Of a DNA stretch of 64,000 nucleotides, positions 37,294 through 45,866 are shown piece by piece. Source of the stretch: Chthonomonadales bacterium (GTDB taxonomy: Bacteria; Armatimonadota; Chthonomonadetes; Chthonomonadales; CAJBBX01); assembly GCA_038229495.1 (NCBI GenBank), contig JBBROJ010000006.1, forward strand, positions 7,038 to 71,037, written 5' to 3'. A program made the position numbers and the translations under genes. Position 1 is the stretch's first letter, and each line of letters begins with the position of its first letter. The notes below the pieces were generated by a model, which saw only the letters and a program-made list of their open reading frames with translations, was not told where the DNA came from and did no database searches.

Positions 37294-38481
37294 ATGAAGA
37301 TGCTGGCAGAGTGCATCCGCCTCGACAAGGACTGCGCGTCCATATGCTGGGAGGCGGCGGGTTACATGAGTCGCGGTTCGCGGCTCACAGCCCAAGTCTG
37401 CCGTCTCTGCGCCGACATCTGCGACGCCTGTGCTCAAGAGTGCGAGAAGCACCAGCCCATGGAGCACTGTCGGCAATGTGCGGAAGCCTGTCGACTTTCC
37501 GCCGAGGCGTGTCGCCGCATGACAGGCGCTGCGGGCTGCGGCCTGACAGAGCCGTGGAAGTCTCGGCGGCGGGCCAGAAACTCCTGGCCCGCCGCTACAA
37601 TCTCGAAGACCGTCATGGCAGTTCGGATAGTATTATTGATCCTGGTTATGGGCGTTGTGGCGCCTGTCTGCGCCACCGCGCTTCCGAAATTTCACAAGGT
37701 CTTCCTGCAGACCTACCAGCCAAAGCCAGGGTCGCCCCTGGGCGAAGCAAAGTGCCTGACGTGTCACGCGTCACCTGGCCCGCCGAAACGTAACTCCTAC
37801 GGCAAACTGGTGGAGGAAACGATACATGGGGCAGGATCGCACGACGAGGTAACTGCTGCCCTGCTCCATAAGATCGAAAGTGTGGACTCGGACGGAGACG
37901 GGTGGACAAACGGACAGGAAATTGCGGAAGGAACACTTCCTGGAGACCCGATAAGCCATCCCCTCGCAACACCTTCATCAAGCACGGCACTTCCGAGCCC
38001 CCAAGTTCCAGACGCACAGCCTGCGGTTTCCAAGCAGTCTTCATCCGGTCTTCAGCGCATGCTGATGCCCAAACATTCGTTCCATCCCATTATCGTTCAT
38101 TTCGCGTTGGCTCTTTTCATATTTGGCGCTACGCTGGAAATCCTTGGTTTACTGAAGCGTCGCCCGAATCTCTCTGAGGCGGGCTTTATGAATATGACAA
38201 TTGGCAGCATGGCCGGCGTTGCCGCGGCCGCCACCGGTCTCGTCGCGGCATACAGGAATGGATTCCCTTGGAAAGGCACTTTGCTCATACACCTCATCCT
38301 GGGCTTAACAGCGGCGCTGGGAATGGCGACGACCGCTTGCTTGGGATACCGGGCGTCTCGCTTCCGGCGAGAACGTTACTCGCGCGTTTACCTAGCGCTG
38401 GTCGTTATTTCCTTGCTGCTCGTGATTGCAGCGGGATTTTTCGGCGGCGAGTTCGTATACACTGAGTTGATGGGAATGTAA
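37294..38481 (+). CDS. fusion protein: Cys-rich four-helix-bundle (DUF326-like) domain, TM anchor, CXXCH haem-c motif, DUF2231-like 4-TM domain
   Basis: ATG 37294 follows GAAGGAG. Cys-rich region CIRLDKDCASIC..VCRLCADICDACAQECEKH..EHCRQCAEACRLSAEACRRM. Then KSRRRARN, a TM helix, and AKCLTCH. Then DSDGDGWTNGQE. Then HSFHPIIVHFALALFIFG, a DUF2231-type start. There is no stop between the parts. An internal ATG lies at 37615. Confidence 0.65.
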   Translation: MKMLAECIRLDKDCASICWEAAGYMSRGSRLTAQVCRLCADICDACAQECEKHQPMEHCRQCAEACRLSAEACRRMTGAAGCGLTEPWKSRRRARNSWPAATISKTVMAVRIVLLILVMGVVAPVCATALPKFHKVFLQTYQPKPGSPLGEAKCLTCHASPGPPKRNSYGKLVEETIHGAGSHDEVTAALLHKIESVDSDGDGWTNGQEIAEGTLPGDPISHPLATPSSSTALPSPQVPDAQPAVSKQSSSGLQRMLMPKHSFHPIIVHFALALFIFGATLEILGLLKRRPNLSEAGFMNMTIGSMAGVAAAATGLVAAYRNGFPWKGTLLIHLILGLTAALGMATTACLGYRASRFRRERYSRVYLALVVISLLLVIAAGFFGGEFVYTELMGM

Positions 38482-38617
38482 GATAACGCTCCGCCGGACA
38501 GACAAGCAGTGACTCACGTGCGCAGGCCGTGTCGACTCATTTAGGCTGCGGTTTCACTCATGCAGACGGGAGCCGCCAGATACCTTGGATAATCGCCAGG
38601 ACGCGAAAGGAAAAGCC

Positions 38618-40039
38618 ATGAAGCGTACCCTACTCGCCACAACTCTGACAGGGGCTCTGCTGTTCGGTCCACGACCGCTCGTCGCTCAGGAGCATCAGCA
38701 TGATCCGGCCAAAGAACCGGCCAAGAAGCGCGGCGCGCAGGAAGAACAGGCGCCCATACCGATGCAGCACGACATGTCCAAAATGCAGCCCTCCGAGAAG
38801 GGCAAGGCCATGCCGCATGACATGAAGCAAATGTCCGGTCACAATATGAGCCACATGCAAGGGATGGACATGATGTCGTCCTTCGCGGGCATCCCCATGA
38901 CCCGCGACGCATCCGGCACTTCCTGGCAGCCGGACAGCACTCCCATGCACGCAAAGCACGAGATGAGCGGTCTCTGGAGAGTAATGCAGCACTACAGCGG
39001 TTTCCTGAGTTATGACAACCAGGGCGGGCCGCGCGGAAGCGATCAAGTACACGGAATCGGCTGGTACATGCTGATGGTCTCCCGTCCGCTGGGCCGGGGA
39101 GAGCTAACGCTGCGCACCATGCTGAGCCCGGAGCCGCTGACCGTGGGAAAACACGGCTATCCGCTGCTCTTCCAGAGTGGCGAGGCGGTGAACGGCAAGC
39201 CGCTGGTGGATGTTCAGCATCCGCACGATCTTTTCATGGAGCTGGCGGCGCGCTACCGCTACAAGCTGGACGACAGGACCGCTGTTTCCCTCTATGTCGC
39301 TCCGTCCGGCGAGCCAGCCATTGGCCCCACTGCATTCCCCCATCGGACGTCGGCGCTGGACAATCCCCTGGCGCCGATCTCGCACCACTGGCAGGACGGG
39401 ACCCATATCACGTTCGGCGTACTGACAGCGGGAATATCTCGCGACAAGTGGCAGCTGGAAGGCTCTTACTTTAACGGTAGGGAGCCGGACGAGAACCGGT
39501 GGGACATAGATTCAATCCGCCTTAACTCCTTTGCCGGGCGGTTGAGCTATAATCCCGGTTCCAATTGGAACCTGCAAAGTTCGTATGCCTATGTCAAGAG
39601 CCCGGAGTCGCTGCGGCCGGACGAGGATGTGCGGCGGACAACGTTGTCCGCAAGCTACAATCGTCCGCTTTCAGAAGGCGGCAACTGGGCAAGCACGTTC
39701 GTCTGGGGACGAAACAGCTCTCACGGATCGAACACCGACTCGCTGTTGCTGGAGACGGACTACAACATCGCGAATCGAAACACGCTGTTCGGGCGGTTGG
39801 AGCACGTTGTGAAGGCAGGCGAGGAGCTGGCGCTTATGCCCACGAATCGCAAGTTTGGTATCACGGAGCTGACTTTGGGCGGCGTCCATGAGTTGACCCA
39901 GGGCCGCGCATACCAGGCGGGAATCGGCGCGGCGGTAACGTTCAATTGGAAGCCGGGCGATCTCGATTCGCTCTACGGCAAGGACCCGATGGGGGTCTGG
40001 GTCTTCCTACGTATTCGGCCCGCGCCTATGGCGCATTGA
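38618..40039 (+). CDS. uncharacterised Met/His-rich outer-membrane barrel protein (paralog 1)
   Basis: Signal peptide. HQHD..MQHDMSKMQ..MPHDMKQMSGHNMSHMQGMDMM. Conserved motifs SGTSWQPDSTPM, HPHD, PISHHWQDGTHI and GRLSYNP. C-terminus FLRIRPAPMAH. Confidence 0.65.
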   Translation: MKRTLLATTLTGALLFGPRPLVAQEHQHDPAKEPAKKRGAQEEQAPIPMQHDMSKMQPSEKGKAMPHDMKQMSGHNMSHMQGMDMMSSFAGIPMTRDASGTSWQPDSTPMHAKHEMSGLWRVMQHYSGFLSYDNQGGPRGSDQVHGIGWYMLMVSRPLGRGELTLRTMLSPEPLTVGKHGYPLLFQSGEAVNGKPLVDVQHPHDLFMELAARYRYKLDDRTAVSLYVAPSGEPAIGPTAFPHRTSALDNPLAPISHHWQDGTHITFGVLTAGISRDKWQLEGSYFNGREPDENRWDIDSIRLNSFAGRLSYNPGSNWNLQSSYAYVKSPESLRPDEDVRRTTLSASYNRPLSEGGNWASTFVWGRNSSHGSNTDSLLLETDYNIANRNTLFGRLEHVVKAGEELALMPTNRKFGITELTLGGVHELTQGRAYQAGIGAAVTFNWKPGDLDSLYGKDPMGVWVFLRIRPAPMAH

Positions 40040-40090
40040 GGACCACCGTCGACGGCGGAACGGCAATAGATCTGTTGCGTATATATTTTT

Positions 40091-40145
40091 CGCCCGTGAG
40101 GACGGTTGGCCGAAGGCCCTTCCGCGAGTGAATTTATTCACTCGC
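40091..40145 (+). terminator. three consecutive hairpins after paralog 1 (twin-hairpin module copy C plus a 10-bp palindrome)
   Basis: CCGT-GAGG-ACGG, GGCC-GAA-GGCC, then GCGAGTGAAT-TT-ATTCACTCGC (40124-40145). Confidence 0.5.
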
Positions 40146-40385
40146 ACGCAGGCGTAACGGGGATTTTGCGAGCGGTCCTACATTAATTTTCGGCGCTACG
40201 TTATGTGGCGCCGTGTTCGTTTCACCCGTTGCCCTACGGCCGTCGAGAGCATTGACAACGTTCTATCAGGTAAGAGGTTTACACTCCAGGCAAACGCTGC
40301 TAGAAGGTATACTGCGGTAAGGATGACGCAAAGCTTCTCATCATATTTCCCAGCCCTATTGCGCATCCAAGACAGAGGAGTTTCC

Positions 40386-42086
40386 ATGAAAGCTAACTAT
40401 ATTTCCGTATTGGTAATTACTGGCGCCGTGCTGGCCACCGGCCTGTTAGCGCAGACAGTCACCGGGAATTCCTATACGGCGGCGCTTAAGACCGATCCTA
40501 AGACCATCCAACCAGGCAAGTCCACGACCCTCGATATCTATATCATGGATTCGACCTCGAAGACTCCCAGCGAAAACCTCACCATCACCGCGTCCTTTAA
40601 TATGCCAGCCATGACGGGCATGACATTGGACCAGCCCAAAGTGACCCTAAGTGACAAGCCCGGCCACTTTAACGTGCAGCTCACGTTCCCCCATGCCGGA
40701 AGCTATAAACTTGCCCTCACGGTCAACCCGACAACCGGGAAGAGCGCCACCCTGTCCTTCAATATCACACCCGGCAGCGCCGGAGGCGCAGCCGTGAAAG
40801 ACATGTCAGGAATGTCAGGAATGTCAGGAATGCAGGGGATGCAGATGAAAGCAAGCCTCGGGAACTGGTTGGCAAGCCGGGAAGGTTCAGGGACGTCGTG
40901 GCAGCCGGACTCTTCGCCGATGTTCATGAAGACGCTTGGCTCGCTGGGAAGATTTGACTTAAGCGCAATGGGAACGATCCAGGGAGGTTACGTAGACGAT
41001 GGCGGTACGCGTGGCGATAGAGGCTTTTTCACCAACTCGATGTTAATGCTCATGGGCCGCCGCGAACTGGGTGGCGGAACCCTCGGCCTACATTTTATGA
41101 CTTCGCTCGATCCCATTATCAACGGCAGACACGGCGTTCCGAATCTCTTTCAAAACGGATTTACAGTCCACGGCGTTGACATCGGCGACCGGAAAGACCC
41201 GCATAATGTCTTTGCGGAAATCGCGGCCAACTACAGCCATCCGCTTTCCAAAGCTTGGACCGGCTTCATTTACGGCGGCCCCGTCGGCGAACCGGCGCTG
41301 GGGAATGTCATGTACTTGCACCGCACGAGCGGCCTAGAGATCCCCGAAGCGCCTATCAGCCACGATTGGTTTGACGGCACCCACATCAGCTTGGGAGTCG
41401 CGACTCTGGGACTTGTTTATCAAGATAAGTGGAAGCTTGAAGGTTCCGTTTTCAATAGTCACGAGCCTTCCAACCTTTACGGCATTGGCAAAGTCGAACT
41501 TAACTCGGCATCCGGTCGACTCAGCTACAATCCGTCCCACGACTGGTCGTTTAGCACTTCCTACGGATATTTGGACTCCGACGTCAATGAACACCGCCTC
41601 ACTTTTGGCGGGGCCTACAGCCACCCGCTCCCCCACGGCGACAATCTTTCCGCGACCGCCTATTTCGGCCAAAATATCGTTCAAGGGTCCGCAAAGTCCA
41701 ACGCATGGCTTGCGGAGGCGACATATTACCACGCTAAGGATGCATTTTTCGCCCGCTTTGAACGAGTTGATAAGGACGAGCTCGTCAATGTGCCGCCCGG
41801 AAACTACACGATCAACAAGCTGCTCTTTGGTGACGTGCACAACTTCTATAGCAAAGCCCAGATCGACTATGGTCTGGGAGCCTACTTCGGCGTCTACAGC
41901 TTCCCGAGTTCCCTAAACGCTCTCTACGGTAAGAACCCGCTCACCTTCGGCGTGTTCCTACGCATCCGCCCGGCTGCTATGCAACACAGCGGAGGATACG
42001 GAGGAGGCATGGCCGACGAACACATGAAGTCCCACGAGATGAAGAACGACAGGATGAACTCTGGCTCCGGCATGGACATGCCATGA
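40386..42086 (+). CDS. YtkA-like domain fused to Met/His-rich outer-membrane barrel (paralog 2)
   Basis: ATG 40386 follows GAGGAG. Signal peptide. N-terminal Ig-like YtkA-type domain (..PGKSTTLDIYIMD..MPAMTGMTLDQP..GHFNVQLTF). MSGMSGMSGMQGMQM. SGTSWQPDSSPM and the same downstream motifs as paralog 1. Tail MADEHMKSHEMKNDRMNSGSGMDMP. Confidence 0.7.
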   Translation: MKANYISVLVITGAVLATGLLAQTVTGNSYTAALKTDPKTIQPGKSTTLDIYIMDSTSKTPSENLTITASFNMPAMTGMTLDQPKVTLSDKPGHFNVQLTFPHAGSYKLALTVNPTTGKSATLSFNITPGSAGGAAVKDMSGMSGMSGMQGMQMKASLGNWLASREGSGTSWQPDSSPMFMKTLGSLGRFDLSAMGTIQGGYVDDGGTRGDRGFFTNSMLMLMGRRELGGGTLGLHFMTSLDPIINGRHGVPNLFQNGFTVHGVDIGDRKDPHNVFAEIAANYSHPLSKAWTGFIYGGPVGEPALGNVMYLHRTSGLEIPEAPISHDWFDGTHISLGVATLGLVYQDKWKLEGSVFNSHEPSNLYGIGKVELNSASGRLSYNPSHDWSFSTSYGYLDSDVNEHRLTFGGAYSHPLPHGDNLSATAYFGQNIVQGSAKSNAWLAEATYYHAKDAFFARFERVDKDELVNVPPGNYTINKLLFGDVHNFYSKAQIDYGLGAYFGVYSFPSSLNALYGKNPLTFGVFLRIRPAAMQHSGGYGGGMADEHMKSHEMKNDRMNSGSGMDMP

Positions 42087-42270
42087 CATTTAAGCGCCTA
42101 CTCTCCCAATTAATTGTTATTGCCTCGCTTGCCACGACCTGCCTTGTAAGTGGTGCGCCATTCGTAACGAGCGCGCATAGGGCGGGAAATACCATCGAAG
42201 GGCGTACCGTGCTCATCCATGCGCGTTGCACCGTGTTCGTTTCCCCCTTTGCGCCGTTTCCTTGAAAGTT

Positions 42271-42296
42271 ATGTCGCGATGTCGCGATGTCGAGCG
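42271..42296. repeat. tandem 8-bp repeat ATGTCGCG x3 abutting the esterase stop codon
   Basis: atgtcgcg atgtcgcg atgtcgag cg, followed by tca (the stop of the minus-strand gene at 42297-42299). Confidence 0.85.
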
Positions 42297-44321
42297 TCAA
42301 TGCGCATTGGCGGTGACGCCGGGCCATTGGTCGGTGCGGAAGGGAAGCGCGGGCAGGCCCGCCCCGTTGTAGAGATTGGCGACCGGATTATTGGCCCACG
42401 CATAGCGCACGGCTGCGGGATCGGTTACCAGCGGTGACCACACCACGACCGAGTTACCCTCCACGAGGGCATCGGCCCAGACGAATTTATGGTCCCTGCC
42501 CGCGATGGCGAAGCCGCTGAGCTTGCCGACTTTCACGGTCAGGCCGCCGGCGTGGTGGTCGAATGCAATCCGTATCCGGTTGCCCTCCCGCTTCATCCCT
42601 TTGTAGGCCGGGCCGGAATACTCGAGCTTCTTGCCATAGGCGATGGCGAGCGCATTGAGCGCCAGCCGTCTGCCCACCTCCTGCTTGTTCTTTGGGTGGA
42701 TGTCTGCCGCGTCACCAATGTCGATGGCCGTCGCGATGCCGGAATTGCCCACGCTGTGTGCCGCCATCATCTGGGCTTCGCGGAGCTCCGGCCACGCGTC
42801 GCTCTTAGGCTCGGAATCGGTCTGCATGAAGTTCGCGAGCTGCACGATGAAGAATGGGAAGTCGCCCACGCCGAAGCGGCTGCGCCAGTCCCGAATCATG
42901 ATCGGAAGCAGCGCGCGGTACTGATAGGCGCGGCCCGCGTTCGATTCGCCCTGATACCAGATTGCTCCCTTGATTCCGTAGGGTATCACCGGTGCGATCA
43001 TTCCATTGTAGAGCACGGTAGAGATATTGGGGTTGTTGTCGGGATTCATTGGGGCGGGAGTCGTCCTGGAGAGCGGTACGCTTGCCTTGTAGAGCCATTC
43101 GCCGGTCAGCGGAAGCGTGCGTCCCGCGACGTCCAAGTGAAGCTGATTGGGCGCGCCGTTCAGTCCGCCGGCTCCCCCGGTGTCCAGCACGCGCACGGCT
43201 ATGATGTTGCGGCCTGCCTTCAGCGCTCCCGCCGGAATCTTATATGAGCGGAGAGTAGTATAGACGCCCGTTTCGCCGACCTTAACGCCGTTCACCCAGG
43301 TCGTATCGCGGTCGTCAATGGGGCCGAGATTCAGCACCGCCTCTTGCCCCGCCGCGTCCGCGGGAACCTCCACCTCCCGGCGAAACCACACGATGCCGTC
43401 GAAATCCGGCAGGCCCGCGCTCTCCCACTCCACGGGGAGGCTCATTGTCTTCCAGCCGGTTGTCGAGAAGTCTACGGCGGCCCATCCGATTTCGCCGGCA
43501 GAGCCGGGATCGTTCTTCGCCCACCACGCCGCCATGGCTTTATCCATGTCGAAGGAGCCTTTAGAGGCATCGCGCATCATGACGACCTGCGCCACGGCCT
43601 GCTTGAAGTCCGGCATCGCCTGGAGGGCCTCGGAGCTTGTCCACGCTTCGGCAATCGTGCCTCCCCAGGAGGTATGAATCAGGCCGATAGGAACCTTCAG
43701 CTCTTTGTGAAGCTCTCGTCCGAAGAAGTAGGCGACGGCGCTGAACCCGCCCCAGCCGCCGGATGAGACGGTCGTAGGGGTGCAGAGGTCCCATTGGCCG
43801 ATAACTGTGTTTCGTGGTTCCAGGGCAATGGTCTTCTGAACGGTGAACAGCCGAATCTGGGGATATTCAGCGCTCGCAATCTCCTCCTTGGCGTTATTCA
43901 CCTGGCCGATCCCCATCTCCATGTTCGACTGCCCGGAGCATATCCAGACGTCGCCTACAAGGACATTTTTCAGCGAAATATTCTGTGGGCCGGCAACGGA
44001 GAGCGTGTATGGGCCTCCTGCTGTAAATGGGCCCAGCCTGGCAATCCATCTGCCGGTTGCGTCCGCCGTCGTCGAGGCGGTCCTGCCCTCCATGCTTACG
44101 GTAACCTTCTGGCCGGGCGTGGTCCATCCCCAAACCGGCGCGAGGATTCCCCGCTGCAGCACCATGTTGTCGGTGAACATCGGGCTGAGGAAAGGTCTGG
44201 CCGCCTGGGCGGACGCGGACTCGAGAGGTGCCAGAGTTAGAACAGCTATCGAAAGTGCAGCGAGAATGACAACGGAATGTAAACCCGCGATAGATTTGAT
44301 TGAACGTAACGGACTCGTCAT
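42297..44321 (-). CDS. exported sialate-O-acetylesterase-like SGNH hydrolase
   Basis: Start re-picked at ATG 44321, 7 nt after GGAGG. Signal peptide. GDVWICSGQSNME catalytic-Ser motif. Second half WYQGESNA. Confidence 0.75.
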   Translation of the reverse strand: MTSPLRSIKSIAGLHSVVILAALSIAVLTLAPLESASAQAARPFLSPMFTDNMVLQRGILAPVWGWTTPGQKVTVSMEGRTASTTADATGRWIARLGPFTAGGPYTLSVAGPQNISLKNVLVGDVWICSGQSNMEMGIGQVNNAKEEIASAEYPQIRLFTVQKTIALEPRNTVIGQWDLCTPTTVSSGGWGGFSAVAYFFGRELHKELKVPIGLIHTSWGGTIAEAWTSSEALQAMPDFKQAVAQVVMMRDASKGSFDMDKAMAAWWAKNDPGSAGEIGWAAVDFSTTGWKTMSLPVEWESAGLPDFDGIVWFRREVEVPADAAGQEAVLNLGPIDDRDTTWVNGVKVGETGVYTTLRSYKIPAGALKAGRNIIAVRVLDTGGAGGLNGAPNQLHLDVAGRTLPLTGEWLYKASVPLSRTTPAPMNPDNNPNISTVLYNGMIAPVIPYGIKGAIWYQGESNAGRAYQYRALLPIMIRDWRSRFGVGDFPFFIVQLANFMQTDSEPKSDAWPELREAQMMAAHSVGNSGIATAIDIGDAADIHPKNKQEVGRRLALNALAIAYGKKLEYSGPAYKGMKREGNRIRIAFDHHAGGLTVKVGKLSGFAIAGRDHKFVWADALVEGNSVVVWSPLVTDPAAVRYAWANNPVANLYNGAGLPALPFRTDQWPGVTANAH

Positions 44322-44483
44322 AGAGAACCTCCGATATGCGCCATTGGCTCGGCAATAAGTAGAATGCCTGGTTGAGTTCTGATTCGCCCTGGGCCATCGC
44401 ATTCCCTTCTCAGTGTGGCGCTGTGCATATCCGGCACCCGTTGGTCGTGAATTCGTTCAGTCTCAATGAGAATTGCGTTCGAT

Positions 44484-44619
44484 GCCACGGGCAAAATCCC
44501 CGTGGCTAGACGGCTTCGCCGGAAACCCTGCTGAAGCAGGCTAAAGCGGGCAGCCAGAGCACGCTTTAGCGTGGTTTCCTGTGGTCATTTTTGGTAGCCA
44601 CGGGGATTTTGCCCGTGGC
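44484..44619. repeat. 136-bp MITE-like / structured element with perfect 25-bp terminal inverted repeats
   Basis: 44484-44508 (gccacgggcaaaatccccgtggcta) is the exact reverse complement of 44595-44619. The core 44521-44579 folds as GGAAACC[CTGC-TGAA-GCAG][GCTAAAGCG-13nt-CGCTTTAGC]gtGGTTTCC. Confidence 0.8.
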
Positions 44620-44764
44620 GGAGCCTCTGCGGGGCGATTCACTCTCACAGAGGTTGAACTGTCACTTGGGCGTGGAAGGGAAGGAGATTGCCAGGCTGTG
44701 GGCGAAAACTCTGGTGCCTTATCTGTCCTCGCCGCGCCCCAACCCTGCCCTCTGGAGATTTTCG

Positions 44765-45793
44765 ATGCCGATCACGCGAATTCCATTTCTTCTGACCGCC
44801 TATAGCCTGCCTCATGTCATGGGCTACCTTCCCACGAAGGCAGGGAACATCCATCCGTCGCCGTTGACGCCGGCCGGACTGCTCGATGCCGCAACGAAGA
44901 TGGGCCTATCGGGAATCGAGGTTCCCCTGGACCGATTGGTACCGTCCTTCGATGGGAAGATCGTGGAAGTGCAGGGGAGCGCCGGGGATTTGGGCGAGGA
45001 AATTTTGGCGCGCGGAATGCGAATCGTCGCTGACTATGGCGTGATTGTGGACCACCCTGCCGACCATCTGCGCGATTACCTGAGACTGTCCGCGAAGACG
45101 GGGGCCAAAGTGGTCCGCGCGACGCTCAGTAACATCCTCTGCGGAGACCGCCGTACGCTGGAGTGCGGTTGGCAGCCGCGGCTGGAAGCGGTCTCCGCGC
45201 GCCTGCGTGAAGCGCTGCCTCTGGCGGAAGATCTGGGCCTGTGCATTGCCATGGAGAATCATCAGGATGCCACGACCGATGACATGCTGAGGCTTCACGA
45301 AATGTCAGGTTCCAGCCCGGCCTACGGCATAACCCTGGACGCCGGGAATCCGCTTGCCGTGGGGGAGGAGCCGGTGGAGGCCGCTCGCCGCATGGCTCTG
45401 TTGATTCGACATATCCATTTGAAGGACTATACGATTCACTTCGCCCCCGAGGGCTATCGGCTCGTCCGCTGCGCGGCGGGTGGCGGCGTAATCGATTTCC
45501 CCGCTATCCTCGCCCACGTTCGGTCCAACGGTCACGACGTAGTCCCCGGAATCGAGGTCGCCGCGCAGTCCACGCGCACGATCCCGCTGCTGGAGCCGGG
45601 ATGGTGGGAGTGCCATCCGAATCGGGATGCCGCCAGCCTGCTCGGCGCTCTCAGGATTTTGTGGACAAGCGGCCGGCCTGCCGAAGAACCGTACTCCAGC
45701 GCATGGGAGCGCGGCGAGGACTCCGCGACTGTTGCAGACGAGGAGTGGGCCGTCGTCCGCCGCAGCGTGGAGTATTTCCGCGGTTTGGCGTGA
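44765..45793 (+). CDS. xylose-isomerase-like TIM-barrel sugar phosphate isomerase/epimerase family protein
   Basis: Start re-picked at ATG 44765. The ORF-track extension is translation of the TIR element. Motifs: AMENH, HIHLKD. Confidence 0.7.
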   Translation: MPITRIPFLLTAYSLPHVMGYLPTKAGNIHPSPLTPAGLLDAATKMGLSGIEVPLDRLVPSFDGKIVEVQGSAGDLGEEILARGMRIVADYGVIVDHPADHLRDYLRLSAKTGAKVVRATLSNILCGDRRTLECGWQPRLEAVSARLREALPLAEDLGLCIAMENHQDATTDDMLRLHEMSGSSPAYGITLDAGNPLAVGEEPVEAARRMALLIRHIHLKDYTIHFAPEGYRLVRCAAGGGVIDFPAILAHVRSNGHDVVPGIEVAAQSTRTIPLLEPGWWECHPNRDAASLLGALRILWTSGRPAEEPYSSAWERGEDSATVADEEWAVVRRSVEYFRGLA

Positions 45794-45866
45794 AGATGCC
45801 GGGCTCATTCGACGAAGGCCTTTGCGCGGGAATCATGAATAACGGATGGATGTCGGGAGGATAGGA

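Noticed and set aside
38618-42086. Cyc2-like fused cytochrome-porin (iron oxidation) or PcoB identity for the outer-membrane barrels
   Set aside because: Neither barrel contains a CXXCH motif or any Cys-rich N-terminus. The sequence does not resemble E. coli PcoB as I recall it. Met/His tracts point to Cu(I)/Ag(I) rather than Fe.
44591-44764. N-terminal extension of the TIM-barrel ORF (MVATGILPVAEPLRGDSL...)
   Set aside because: It is the translation of the right arm of the TIR element. ATG 44765 gives a normal family N-terminus.
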